A stretch of 64,000 nt of DNA. Source: Candidatus Uhrbacteria bacterium. Its GTDB lineage: Bacteria > Patescibacteriota > Patescibacteriia > UBA9934 > GWF2-40-263. Each line of letters starts with the position of its first letter. The stretch's first letter is position 1. The notes under the pieces were generated by a model. It made no database searches. It was given only the letters and a program-made list of their open reading frames with translations, and was not told where the DNA came from. The position numbers and the translations under genes are program-made. Below are positions 1-9,412 of this stretch, piece by piece. Location of the stretch: contig JAAZYG010000023.1 of assembly GCA_014239775.1 (NCBI GenBank), forward strand, positions 223-64,222. The letters run 5' to 3'.

Positions 1-1
1 A

Positions 2-292
2 ATACCAAACAAAAAGATAATTCAGATAGTAGGCATTTCAAGAGGAAGCACGGTGCGCGCACGTCATATTGGAAATGATATATTTGCATGGTTTAAAAAT
101 ATTATTGGAGGTGAAATACATGAATATACAAAATTACAAGCAGAAGCACGTGAACAGGCAATGCAGCGCATGGAAGAAGATGCAGAGAGAATGGGTGCTG
201 ATGCTGTAATAAATTTTCGTATTCATACTTCAACGATCGCCCAAGCAGCATCAGAGATATTAGTATATGGCACAGCGGTAAAGCTTGGATAA
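2..292 (+). CDS. YbjQ/UPF0145 (DUF74) family protein, 5'-truncated by window edge
   Basis: Frame is open to position 2. IGNDIFAWFKNIIGGEI...GADAVINFRI...YGTAVKL matches the YbjQ family pattern. Confidence 0.75.
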   Translation: MPNKKIIQIVGISRGSTVRARHIGNDIFAWFKNIIGGEIHEYTKLQAEAREQAMQRMEEDAERMGADAVINFRIHTSTIAQAASEILVYGTAVKLG

Positions 293-315
293 TTTATAAA
301 TAAACCATCAAAACT

Positions 316-435
316 ATGAGCGAAGAATTATTTTGGAAAATATTTCTGTTTATTTTTTTAACCACTCTTATTTATTTGATTTTTATAAGAATTGCTGAAA
401 AGAAAAAGGAAACTTTTGAAGATAGAGATAATTAG
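316..435 (+). CDS. Possible 39-aa single-TM micro-protein (MSEELFWKIFLFIFLTTLIYLIFIRIAEKKKETFEDRDN)
   Basis: ATG-to-TAG ORF below the track cutoff with a hydrophobic core; no clear SD. Confidence 0.2.
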   Translation: MSEELFWKIFLFIFLTTLIYLIFIRIAEKKKETFEDRDN

Positions 436-540
436 AATATTTAAAGGTTTATTTTTTTATATAAATATGAGAGTATTATAGAAATTATACAAAAGTATAG
501 TTTAACGCATAAGAACCTTTATTAAAATTAAATAAAATAT

Positions 541-1308
541 ATGGGTTCTGAACGCGGGCCAAGGATTGGAGCAGAAGCATTTGCTGAAGCTTCCAATTCT
601 CAAACAACACAAGATACTAAAAAGGAGGGAGAGGTTATAACAGAAAATTTAGATAGAAAAGAAACTTTTTTGTTTTCAAGCACAACTGCTGAACGCAGAG
701 CTGAATTAACAAGAAGTGTAGAAGGGATTATTGCAGATCCAGATAAATATATTGATTCTGGTGGTGCTGCAGACGTTTATAGATTTTCTTCAGATCAAAT
801 CTGTATTAAGGTCTTTAAAGGTCATAAGTCCAGACAAGAAAAAAAGACAGGCATTGACTATGTTGGCACAGAAGCACGTATAACTTTGCGTCTTACTGGT
901 GTTGAGGTAGATGGTGTTAGATCGCCAATGTGTTATGGCTATTGGAAGAGTGATACTGATGGAAGGTCTGCAATTATAATGGAAGAGCTAGATGCAATTA
1001 ATTTACAGCATGTATTTAATGGCAATGCACAGCTTCCAAGTGGATTTGATTTAGACACATTTGTCGATTCACTTTATTCCTATATCGATTATTTACACAC
1101 AGAACATAATATTATTAATGGTGATTTGTTTGCCAGAAACGTAATGGTTGATAAGCAAACGGGTTTACCTAGAGTGATTGATTTTGGCGAATCAAAGTCT
1201 GTAAATCATACTTTGGAAGAAGACCGTAGGAGGTTAGAAAATGCTGATACAGATAATATTGATGCAATTTATGATAAGTTGGAGGCATTGACAAAAAGCA
1301 TTAATTAA
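541..1308 (+). CDS. Small protein-kinase-like fold protein (atypical kinase)
   Basis: Gly-rich loop GGAADVY, lysine in IKVFK, catalytic-loop-like NGDLFARNVMV and IDFGES (DFG) are in canonical order. Confidence 0.5.
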   Translation: MGSERGPRIGAEAFAEASNSQTTQDTKKEGEVITENLDRKETFLFSSTTAERRAELTRSVEGIIADPDKYIDSGGAADVYRFSSDQICIKVFKGHKSRQEKKTGIDYVGTEARITLRLTGVEVDGVRSPMCYGYWKSDTDGRSAIIMEELDAINLQHVFNGNAQLPSGFDLDTFVDSLYSYIDYLHTEHNIINGDLFARNVMVDKQTGLPRVIDFGESKSVNHTLEEDRRRLENADTDNIDAIYDKLEALTKSIN

Positions 1309-1319
1309 AGTATTATTTT

Positions 1320-1568
1320 ATGTTCAAAAAAGAGCAGGAGGCACGAATGCGTGAATTGTTTCTTACAAAAGAAATCATGGATATTGCACATGCACGTGCA
1401 GTTGAAATGCTTTCTTCTGGCATTGAGCAACGCAAAGCTGCAGAGATCACGTTCGGTGGTTTGCCTAATGGTCCTAAATTTATTGTTTCTATTGAGTCTA
1501 ACGACTTGATGATACTCAATACTTTTAAGGTGGATGACGTAGAGTTTCACCTAGGATGCAGGAGGTAG
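1320..1568 (+). CDS. Hypothetical protein (82 aa)
   Basis: ORF 11 nt after the kinase-like gene, followed by a terminator. Confidence 0.35.
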   Translation: MFKKEQEARMRELFLTKEIMDIAHARAVEMLSSGIEQRKAAEITFGGLPNGPKFIVSIESNDLMILNTFKVDDVEFHLGCRR

Positions 1569-1594
1569 GTACTTTGCATAAACCCCTTACAGAA

Positions 1595-1620
1595 CCCTTT
1601 ATTACGGAAGGGTTTTTTTA
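1595..1620 (+). terminator. Rho-independent terminator
   Basis: cccttt/aaggg stem followed by a T7 run. Confidence 0.5.
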
Positions 1621-1715
1621 TTTATAAACTGTAATTAGGTTTATTTTTTTAGTATCAATTTTTTTGTGTAATCTATATTGTCATTTTTTTTATACTCGAG
1701 TAAAGTGCTTGTGAT

Positions 1716-3158
1716 ATGCAGTTTTTAAGGCCAGAAAATGAACATAAAGAGCTTACTTATTCAGATGTTTTTTTAATGCCACGTTATTCTGATATTGTTT
1801 CCAGAATGGATGTTGACCTAACTCCATTTAATAGCATTGGCATGAAACTACCAGTTGTTGTTTCTAACATGACAGCAGTTGCAGGGCGAAGAATGGCAGA
1901 GACTGTTACAAGACGAGGTGGTTTGGTGGTGTTAACTCAGGACATGTCTTTTGATCGAATTGAAGAAATTGTTAAATACACAAAGAAGTGTAATCACGTT
2001 TTTGAGACACCTGTTGTATTACAGGAGGATGAGTCTGTGCAAACAGCATTAAATTTAATATATAAACGATCGCACGGAGCGGTTATTATAGTTGATGACA
2101 AGGATAAGCCAGTTGGTATCTTTACTGAGAGAGATGCACTTCAAAAAGATAGATATAATAGGTTGGGTGATGTAATGACTCGATCGGTAATCACAGTAAC
2201 GGATACAATGGATGTAAAAGATGTGTTTACAGTATTGAAAGATAGAAGATTATCGATCGTTCCGGTTGTGGACAGTGAAGGTACATTAAAAGGAGTTATG
2301 ACAAAAAAAGGTTGTGTCAGATCTGTTATTCATACACCAGCATTGAATAGTAATAATGAGTTTTTAACTGCAGTGGCTGTGCGTATACGTAAAGGTTTGG
2401 AAGAAAATATTCAGAGCATGATTGATTTGGGTGTGGATGTTATTGTTTTAGATACAGCTCATGGACATCAGAAATTAATGATTGATGCTGTTAAAAAAGC
2501 CAGAGCAATTCTTGGTCCTAATCGTGCTTTGGTTGCAGGTAATATTGTCACAGTAGAAGCAGCTGAGGATTTAATTAACGCAGGTGCTAATATTTTAAAA
2601 GTTGGTGTAGGGCCTGGAGGTGCTTGTAAAACTCGCATGACAACAGGTGTGGGTAGGCCTCAGTTTTCAGCAGTGCACCGTGTGTCAAAATTTGCACGTG
2701 ATAGAGGTGTTAGTGTTTGGGCTGATGGTGGAATTAAATATCCACGCGATGTTGCTCTAGCTCTTGCTGCAGGTGCCAGTTCTGTAATGATAGGTAGTTG
2801 GTTTGCAGGCACATATGAAAGTCCAGCGGATATAAAGTTTGATGAGGCAGGTAGAATGTTTAAGGAACAGTTCGGTATGGCATCTCAAATAGCGGTTATA
2901 AATCGAAATATAAATACAGATGAGTTTGAACAAACAAGAAAAGAGTTTTTTGAGGAAGGAATTAATCAATCAAAAATGTACCTACAATCTGGTAGGGAAA
3001 GTGTTGAAAGTATCATCGATCAAATTTCTGCTGGTGTACGGAGCGCGTGTACGTATACTGGCACAACAAATTTAAATGATTTTTATAAAAATTCATTGGT
3101 CGGTGTACAGACCTCTTCTGGATTTAAGGAAGGAAAACCAGTACAGAAAAGTTGGTAA
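1716..3158 (+). CDS. guaB: Inosine-5'-monophosphate dehydrogenase
   Basis: IMPDH barrel with CBS insertion, [11 protein letters not shown] catalytic-Cys loop and C-terminal [24 protein letters not shown]. Confidence 0.88.
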   Translation: MQFLRPENEHKELTYSDVFLMPRYSDIVSRMDVDLTPFNSIGMKLPVVVSNMTAVAGRRMAETVTRRGGLVVLTQDMSFDRIEEIVKYTKKCNHVFETPVVLQEDESVQTALNLIYKRSHGAVIIVDDKDKPVGIFTERDALQKDRYNRLGDVMTRSVITVTDTMDVKDVFTVLKDRRLSIVPVVDSEGTLKGVMTKKGCVRSVIHTPALNSNNEFLTAVAVRIRKGLEENIQSMIDLGVDVIVLDTAHGHQKLMIDAVKKARAILGPNRALVAGNIVTVEAAEDLINAGANILKVGVGPGGACKTRMTTGVGRPQFSAVHRVSKFARDRGVSVWADGGIKYPRDVALALAAGASSVMIGSWFAGTYESPADIKFDEAGRMFKEQFGMASQIAVINRNINTDEFEQTRKEFFEEGINQSKMYLQSGRESVESIIDQISAGVRSACTYTGTTNLNDFYKNSLVGVQTSSGFKEGKPVQKSW

Positions 3159-3185
3159 GCTACTTAATTTGAAGTAGCTTTTTCG
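3156..3185. terminator. Bidirectional terminator shared by convergent guaB and pgi
   Basis: Palindrome aagctactt-aatttg-aagtagctt overlaps both stop codons and is flanked by T and A runs. Confidence 0.55.
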
Positions 3186-4467
3186 TTTCTATTTTATATG
3201 ATTCAACTGCCGGTTGGTCAAAAGCGTTTACATTTAATAGTTGTGCTAAGTACATCATTTCAATCATTCTAAATTGCATATAGTAGCCAAGTTTTTCTTC
3301 TGTTATTTCATCAAGTTCTATAGTTGAGTATGGAAGTTTGTTTTTACTGTAACTAGCCTGAACTCCACCTATAACTGCACTCATTATATCTGCTGTTGTT
3401 TTACCTGCTATGTGATCTATGAGTTCTGGCATGTATAGGTTTTTTGGAATTTTAGTTTCTTGATCATATTGTGTGGTTACAATATTTGTGTATTTATCTG
3501 TTGGTCCGCCGTAGTACAGTTGTGCCATTGAGTGTAGGTCAGTGGATCCAATGGATATAATAGGTGTAATACCTGTATGTACTTTTTTGTTTTTTAGATC
3601 TTTTTCCTTACCAATACTTTCTCCCATTAATTGTCTGTACCACATGCCAAGTGATTCAAGTTCTGGTGCAAATAAAAAGGTATTATGTATGGTTTTACCT
3701 TTTTTATTATGTAGGTAGGTAAGAGTGGCGGATATTAGAGAGTAGTTGTTTTTTATATTATTTGAAATACCGTCTTTTACAGCTTTTTTTGCACCTGTAA
3801 GTATTTTTTTTGTATCTATACCAACAAGTGTAAGTGGCAGTAATCCGACTGCAGAAAATACTGAGTATCTTCCTCCTACAATTTCTGGAATTTCAATTGT
3901 TTGTATGTTTTGGGCTTTTGCTGCTTTCCAGAATTTTGAGTCTTTATTTGATATAACTATCATTCTGTCTGAAACGTCTTTAAATTTTTTTTCAATTAAT
4001 TTTCTTAAAACTTCTGTATTAACAATTGTTTCAGTTGTCCCTCCAGATTTACTTACAGAAATAAGAAGGAATTCCTTTTTAGATTTAAGCTTTCTTATAG
4101 CTCCATGTATGCTTGATATTTTTTTTTGAGAAATAGTGTCTAAAAAAAGAATTTTAATTTTTTTATTGTCTATAAAATCAAAAGGTCCTCGTAATGCATC
4201 ATAAATTGCTTTTGTACCAAGGTTTGATCCTCCAATACCTATTACTACAACACATTTAAGATGTTTAGATAAATGAGTTTTAGTGATTAGATTTATTTTT
4301 TTATTTATTGTTTTGTCAGTTGGTAGATTGATTGAGGATTCGTTTTGTTCGTATTTATTATTTGTGTGTATTTTTTTTAGATATATTCTGTATGTATTTA
4401 ATGTTGTTGATGTTTTGATTATTGCCGCATCATTTAATCTGGCTGTATTTTTATAAATAAAGTTCAT
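3160..4467 (-). CDS. pgi: Glucose-6-phosphate isomerase (short bacterial/archaeal type)
   Basis: Motifs IGIGGSNLG, SKSGGTTET and GGRYSVFSAVGL. Confidence 0.85.
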   Translation of the reverse strand: MNFIYKNTARLNDAAIIKTSTTLNTYRIYLKKIHTNNKYEQNESSINLPTDKTINKKINLITKTHLSKHLKCVVVIGIGGSNLGTKAIYDALRGPFDFIDNKKIKILFLDTISQKKISSIHGAIRKLKSKKEFLLISVSKSGGTTETIVNTEVLRKLIEKKFKDVSDRMIVISNKDSKFWKAAKAQNIQTIEIPEIVGGRYSVFSAVGLLPLTLVGIDTKKILTGAKKAVKDGISNNIKNNYSLISATLTYLHNKKGKTIHNTFLFAPELESLGMWYRQLMGESIGKEKDLKNKKVHTGITPIISIGSTDLHSMAQLYYGGPTDKYTNIVTTQYDQETKIPKNLYMPELIDHIAGKTTADIMSAVIGGVQASYSKNKLPYSTIELDEITEEKLGYYMQFRMIEMMYLAQLLNVNAFDQPAVESYKIETKKLLQIK

Positions 4468-4532
4468 AATTTTTATATAAAATCTTTCTATTTGATGCTA
4501 TAATAACATATAATAATTAGTAATTCCTTTTT

Positions 4533-4778
4533 ATGAAACTTAATATTAAGGCTTTTGGTCTTGCAGGGGGTGTTTTTTGTGCAGTTGGTATATTTATATG
4601 TGCTTTTTTAGCGCCATTATGGGGAATGCCAGAGATAGTTGTTTGGATAGCTAAAGGGTATAAAGGCTACAGCTCAGATTTGGTTGGTGCTTTGATAGGT
4701 GCGATTTGGGGTTTTGTTGATGCTGGTATTGGATGTGTGATTTTTGCATGGTTGTATAACAAATTTTCACAGAAATAA
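4533..4778 (+). CDS. Small 2-TM membrane protein, hypothetical
   Basis: 81-aa ORF with Gly-rich TM segments. Confidence 0.4.
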   Translation: MKLNIKAFGLAGGVFCAVGIFICAFLAPLWGMPEIVVWIAKGYKGYSSDLVGALIGAIWGFVDAGIGCVIFAWLYNKFSQK

Positions 4779-4808
4779 TTTAATAAAAATAATTAATTAT
4801 CAAAAGTT

Positions 4809-5024
4809 ATGAAAAAAAATGAAAAATGTAAAATGCACTGTATAACAAATCACATATTGTGGTTGGCTGGTTTAAATTGGGGTTTGGTCGGTTTGTTTGA
4901 TTGGAACTTAATCGAGGTTGTGTTTGGAGCGTGGCCAGTGGTTGTAAAGATGATATATATAATAATGGGACTTTCAGCTATTATGTTTTGTGCTGAAAAG
5001 AAGTGTAAGCCTTGTAAGGTATAA
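4809..5024 (+). CDS. DUF378-like small membrane protein
   Basis: LAGLNWGLVGLFDWNLIEVVFG resembles the DUF378 signature. Confidence 0.45.
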   Translation: MKKNEKCKMHCITNHILWLAGLNWGLVGLFDWNLIEVVFGAWPVVVKMIYIIMGLSAIMFCAEKKCKPCKV

Positions 5025-5046
5025 TATTGTACTGTTTTACGTAAAA

Positions 5047-5075
5047 ATAGCATCATTATTATGGTGCTATTTTTA
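5047..5075 (+). terminator. Rho-independent terminator
   Basis: atagcatc/ggtgctat stem followed by a T5 run. Confidence 0.4.
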
Positions 5076-5097
5076 ATTGTGTTAATATCTATGTCAT

Positions 5098-5562
5098 ATG
5101 ATAAAGGAATCAAAGAAAGCTCCTGATTTTTCTCTTGTAGATCAAGATGGTGAAATGCACACATTGAGTGATTATAAAGGTCAATGGGTGTTGGTTTATT
5201 TTTATCCACGAGATAATACTCCAGGCTGTACCGTAGAAGCATGTAAAATACGTGATAATTGGCCAGATTTTGAGGAGCTGAGTTTAAAAGTTTTTGGAAT
5301 CAGTGGAGATACTGTTAAAAGTCATTTTGGTTTTGTTAAAAAACACAATTTGCCGTTTACGTTATTATCAGATCCAGAAAAGTTGGTTATTGATAATTAT
5401 GGTGCATTGCGTGAAAAGTCTATGTTTGGAAAAACGTACATGGGAATTCACAGAATGTCTGTTTTAGTTAACCCAAAAGGTAAAATTGCAAAGATTTATG
5501 AAACAGTTAAACCTGACCAGCATGCATCAGAGGTGTTGAATGATTTGAGAAGTTTGGTATAA
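5098..5562 (+). CDS. bcp: Peroxiredoxin, Bcp-type (AhpC/TSA family)
   Basis: [11 protein letters not shown]...[19 protein letters not shown] matches the AhpC/TSA family. Confidence 0.8.
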   Translation: MIKESKKAPDFSLVDQDGEMHTLSDYKGQWVLVYFYPRDNTPGCTVEACKIRDNWPDFEELSLKVFGISGDTVKSHFGFVKKHNLPFTLLSDPEKLVIDNYGALREKSMFGKTYMGIHRMSVLVNPKGKIAKIYETVKPDQHASEVLNDLRSLV

Positions 5563-5575
5563 TAACGCCGGTAAT

Positions 5576-6019
5576 ATGAAAGTAATCCTCATTCAAGCAG
5601 TTGAAACTTTAGGAAAAGAGGGGGAAATTGTAGAGGTGTCTGATGGTCATGCTCGCAATTTTTTATTCCCTCAAAACCTTGCTGTTGCAGCAACCGAAGA
5701 AGCTTTAAGAAAAAGAAAGAAAAAGCAGCAAGTTGTAAAAAAGCAAAGTAAAAAGGTTTTAGCAGCATTTGCAGATTTGGCATCTAGGCTTGATGGTTAT
5801 GAAATAGTACTGAAGGAAAAGATTAACGATAATGGTACATTGTACGGAGCTGTTACTGCTAATACAATTGTAAAGGCGTTAAAAAAAGAAAAGTTTAAGA
5901 TAAAAGAAGAAATGGTCAATCTCGATTCACCAATCAAGGAACCTGGTGAGACTATGGTAAATATCAGTCTCCCACACGGCTTCGAAGCTGAGGTCAGAGT
6001 TGTGATCGAAGGAAAATAA
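5576..6019 (+). CDS. rplI: 50S ribosomal protein L9
   Basis: [36 protein letters not shown] matches the L9 N-domain. Confidence 0.85.
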   Translation: MKVILIQAVETLGKEGEIVEVSDGHARNFLFPQNLAVAATEEALRKRKKKQQVVKKQSKKVLAAFADLASRLDGYEIVLKEKINDNGTLYGAVTANTIVKALKKEKFKIKEEMVNLDSPIKEPGETMVNISLPHGFEAEVRVVIEGK

Positions 6020-6039
6020 ACGGAGCGTCAGCTCTGTTT

Positions 6040-7671
6040 TTGAATTATATGAAACATTATTACATTTTTGTTATTGGAGGAGTTATGTCTGGTGTCGGTA
6101 AAGGTACCGTCATGGCATCATTGGGACGTGTTTTGATGGGTAAGGGGTATAAAGTTACTGCCATTAAAATCGATCCATATATTAACGTTGATGCAGGCAC
6201 AATGAATCCAGTTGAACATGGTGAAGTTTTTGTTACAGTCGATGGAGATGAAACAGATCAAGATCTTGGTAATTATGAACGTTTTTTAGATACAGATATT
6301 TTTTCTTTAAATTACATGACAACAGGTCGTGTTTATCAATCTGTAATACAAAGAGAGAGAAATTTGGGATATGGGGGTAAGACAGTGCAGGTTGTACCTC
6401 ACGTTCCAAATGAAGTTATTGATAGAATTGAAAAAGCATCCGAAAAAGCACAGTCAGATTTTACTTTAATTGAAATCGGCGGCACCATCGGTGAATATGA
6501 GAATATTTTATTTTTAGAAGCAGCACGTTTGATGGGTATGAAATACCCTGATCAAGTTTTAAATGTTTTGGTTAGTTACATGCCAATACCTCCGTCAATT
6601 GGTGAAATGAAGACAAAACCAACACAGCAAGCGGTACGTACCGCAATGGCCGCAGGATTAATGCCTGATTTTGTTGTTGCAAGGTCTTCAATACAGATTG
6701 ATCAACCAAGAATGGAGAAATTGGCAATGTTTAGTAATGTGAAAAAAGAGCACGTAATAGGTTCCCCAGACATCGATTCTGTATATAAGGTTCCTTTAAT
6801 TTTTGAAGAGCAGCAATTTGGTGAGAAAATTCTTAGTTTATTTGGATTAAAAAGAAAACTGGATAATGGTTTAGCTGATTGGAAAGAAATGATTAGAAAG
6901 ATTGAAAATACAGAGGGTGTTGTTAAGATAGGGGTAGTTGGAAAGTATTTTAGTGTTGGTGATTTTACTTTGTCAGATGCTTATATTTCAGTAATTGAAG
7001 CACTGAAGCATGCTTCTTGGGCAAATGGAAAGGATGTAGAGTTTACATGGCTCAATTCAGAAGAGTATGAAAATGATTTATCCAAATTGAAAGAATTGGA
7101 TCATCTTGATGGTGTTGTGATTCCTGGTGGATTTGGTTCTCGTGGTATCGAAGGAAAGATACAGGCAATAAAATATTGTAGAGAGAACAATATTCCTTAT
7201 TTAGGTTTGTGTTACGGAATGCAGTGTGCGGTAATTGAATATGCGCGTAACGTACTTGGTTGGAAAGATGCTAATACAACAGAGATAGACACAAATACAA
7301 GTTACCCAGTTGTTGATCTTTTAAAAGGCCAGGAGGAAAATTTAAAAGATGGTAGTTATGGAGGTACGTTGCGTTTAGGTGCATATGACTGTGAGTTGGT
7401 AGATAATACAATATCTTTAGATGCATATGGTACAAAATTGATTAAGGAGAGACATAGGCATAGGTATGAATTTAATAATAAATATCGTAAGGAATTAGAA
7501 GATGCTGGGCTTATTGTGGCAGGTATTAATCCAGATAATAATTTAGTTGAAATAGTTGAATTAAAAGACCATCCTTTTTTTGTTGGTGTGCAATTTCACC
7601 CTGAGTTTCAATCACGACCATTAAATCCACACCCATTATTTCTTGCATTTATTAAGGCAACAAATAAATAG
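6040..7671 (+). CDS. pyrG: CTP synthase (alternative start at 6049)
   Basis: N-terminal GGVMSGVGKG and the glutamine amidotransferase domain LGLCYGMQ...HPEF. Confidence 0.9.
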   Translation: MNYMKHYYIFVIGGVMSGVGKGTVMASLGRVLMGKGYKVTAIKIDPYINVDAGTMNPVEHGEVFVTVDGDETDQDLGNYERFLDTDIFSLNYMTTGRVYQSVIQRERNLGYGGKTVQVVPHVPNEVIDRIEKASEKAQSDFTLIEIGGTIGEYENILFLEAARLMGMKYPDQVLNVLVSYMPIPPSIGEMKTKPTQQAVRTAMAAGLMPDFVVARSSIQIDQPRMEKLAMFSNVKKEHVIGSPDIDSVYKVPLIFEEQQFGEKILSLFGLKRKLDNGLADWKEMIRKIENTEGVVKIGVVGKYFSVGDFTLSDAYISVIEALKHASWANGKDVEFTWLNSEEYENDLSKLKELDHLDGVVIPGGFGSRGIEGKIQAIKYCRENNIPYLGLCYGMQCAVIEYARNVLGWKDANTTEIDTNTSYPVVDLLKGQEENLKDGSYGGTLRLGAYDCELVDNTISLDAYGTKLIKERHRHRYEFNNKYRKELEDAGLIVAGINPDNNLVEIVELKDHPFFVGVQFHPEFQSRPLNPHPLFLAFIKATNK

Positions 7672-7696
7672 AAAAAATTAATAAACTACTAAAAAT

Positions 7697-7719
7697 ACGG
7701 TTGACAAAACCGTGTTTTT
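7697..7719 (+). terminator. Weak hairpin terminator after pyrG
   Basis: acggt/accgt stem with tgacaaa loop, then a T5 run. Confidence 0.35.
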
Positions 7720-7729
7720 ATGATATATT
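7701..7729 (+). promoter_or_regulatory. Sigma70-type promoter TTGACA-17-TATATT
   Basis: Consensus -35 with a 17-nt spacer and near-consensus -10, upstream of the 7782 ORF; the -35 lies in the loop of the preceding hairpin. Confidence 0.5.
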
Positions 7730-7781
7730 ATCCTTTAAAATTAGTTCTTTAAACACATTAGACTAGTCGGTCAGGAGGATA

Positions 7782-8282
7782 TTGATGATTATTTTGAAAC
7801 TTTTGATTCTTGGCTTTGCTTTTGTTGGTTTAGTTGCTTCTGGTAACTGGGTTTTCAAGTCAAAGTGGAGTGTTATTGCAAAAACATTGGCTGGAGTTGT
7901 GTTGATTGGACTAGGTACAGAAATGCTTAAAACGCATGCACCACTAATTGGATTGTTTAATCCAATCGCGGCATTTTTGGCAACTGGCGGAATTGTAATT
8001 ATTGCAAGTTGGATTGTTCGTCATAAGAAGTTTAAGACAGACTGGCGTCCAAAGGTTGTTGCAGTTATATCTGCACTTGCATTAATGGCTTTTATTTGGA
8101 CTCCTGTTTTTATGAATCCAACTGGTTCTTTGCCAAGTATTCCAAATATAAACAACGGTGTACCAGGATCTAGTAGACCTATTAAGAATTCTTATAGATC
8201 TAATGATAAAACACCTTGTGATCAGTTGCCATATGATCTTCGTCAATCTCTAGAGTCTTGTAAGTCTAAGATTTCACAATAA
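7782..8282 (+). CDS. Hypothetical membrane protein (4 TM)
   Basis: ORF with a GGAGGA SD and four TM helices. Confidence 0.4.
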   Translation: MMIILKLLILGFAFVGLVASGNWVFKSKWSVIAKTLAGVVLIGLGTEMLKTHAPLIGLFNPIAAFLATGGIVIIASWIVRHKKFKTDWRPKVVAVISALALMAFIWTPVFMNPTGSLPSIPNINNGVPGSSRPIKNSYRSNDKTPCDQLPYDLRQSLESCKSKISQ

Positions 8283-8315
8283 CGAACTTGTATAGCTTCA
8301 AACTGACACATACTA

Positions 8316-8355
8316 GCCGACCTTATATCCTATCTGGATAAAAGGTCGGCTTTTA
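8316..8355 (+). terminator. Rho-independent terminator
   Basis: gccgacctt...aaggtcggc stem followed by a T run. Confidence 0.5.
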
Positions 8356-8363
8356 CTTTAATA

Positions 8364-8392
8364 TTGACAAAAAAGTTATAAATGGTTAATAT
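8364..8392 (+). promoter_or_regulatory. Sigma70-type promoter TTGACA-17-TAATAT for rpmA
   Basis: Consensus -35 and -10 with a 17-nt spacer. Confidence 0.5.
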
Positions 8393-8425
8393 CGGCACGT
8401 AAATTTAGTTCAATTATTAATAAAT

Positions 8426-8707
8426 ATGGCACATAAGAAAGCGGGTGGTTCTACGAACCTGGGCCGTGATTCGCAAAGCAAACGTCTTGGAGTAAAGATT
8501 TCCGATGGACAGGCGGTAAAAGCTGGACAAATCATAGTCCGACAACGTGGTACAAAGATTCATCCTGGTGATAATGTACGTAAAGGTAAAGATGATACTT
8601 TATACGCTGCACTACAAGGTGTTGTAAAATTTTCTAAGAAAAAAATGGAGAATTTTCATGGTGCTTTGAAAAAGCGAACTTTTGTACGCATTGAACCTCA
8701 AAAATAA
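8426..8707 (+). CDS. rpmA: 50S ribosomal protein L27
   Basis: [24 protein letters not shown]...[12 protein letters not shown] matches L27. Confidence 0.85.
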   Translation: MAHKKAGGSTNLGRDSQSKRLGVKISDGQAVKAGQIIVRQRGTKIHPGDNVRKGKDDTLYAALQGVVKFSKKKMENFHGALKKRTFVRIEPQK

Positions 8708-8777
8708 GCACAAACATCTCGTAGAAGCGGGGTGTTTTTGTTTGAGAAAAAGGATAATTTAAGATATTATTAGATAT

Positions 8778-9014
8778 ATGAATGATATAGAAGAACAGAT
8801 TGAACAGGTTTTAGAACAGGTTAGGCCAGCGCTTCGTATGGACGGTGGTGGTATTGAGCTTGTGAAATATGATGCAGAAAATGGTGCTGTACATGTTAGG
8901 TTGCAGGGTGCATGTGTTGGATGTCCTATGTCACAGGTTACATTAAAGATGGGGGTTGAGATGGCATTACAAGACGCACTACCTGAAATAAAAGAGGTTA
9001 TTTCAGTGGAGTAA
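8778..9014 (+). CDS. NifU-like (Nfu) Fe-S cluster domain protein
   Basis: VRPALRMDGGGIELV...LQGACVGCPMS matches the NifU C-terminal domain. Confidence 0.7.
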   Translation: MNDIEEQIEQVLEQVRPALRMDGGGIELVKYDAENGAVHVRLQGACVGCPMSQVTLKMGVEMALQDALPEIKEVISVE

Positions 9015-9015
9015 C

Positions 9016-9411
9016 ATGAGATTATCAACTGCACAAACAAAACGTTTTTATAAGTCCTTTTTTGAGATGATGAAAAAGGAAGTTTTGTATATTTGGTCAT
9101 TTATATTGTCGTTGTTGCTTTTATTTAGCACTATTGGTTTATTAGTGTGGAAAATTGTTCCATTGGCTGCAAGTAAATCATTTTTACCATTACATTATAA
9201 TGTTTATTTTGGTGTAGACAGGTTTGGTCCCTGGTATTATGTTTTCATGGTTCCTGTTATTGGTTTATTTATATTTTTTTTAAATTTATTTTTTGAAACT
9301 AAGTATTTTAAAACTGAAAAAATATTAGGTAGATTTTTTGCTGTATTTAGTATTTTATTTCAGTTTGTATTACTGGTGGCAACTATATTAATAGTTTTGG
9401 TTAATATTTAA
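9016..9411 (+). CDS. Hypothetical membrane protein
   Basis: ORF with several TM helices, coupled to the flanking genes. Confidence 0.4.
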   Translation: MRLSTAQTKRFYKSFFEMMKKEVLYIWSFILSLLLLFSTIGLLVWKIVPLAASKSFLPLHYNVYFGVDRFGPWYYVFMVPVIGLFIFFLNLFFETKYFKTEKILGRFFAVFSILFQFVLLVATILIVLVNI

Positions 9412-9412
9412 T

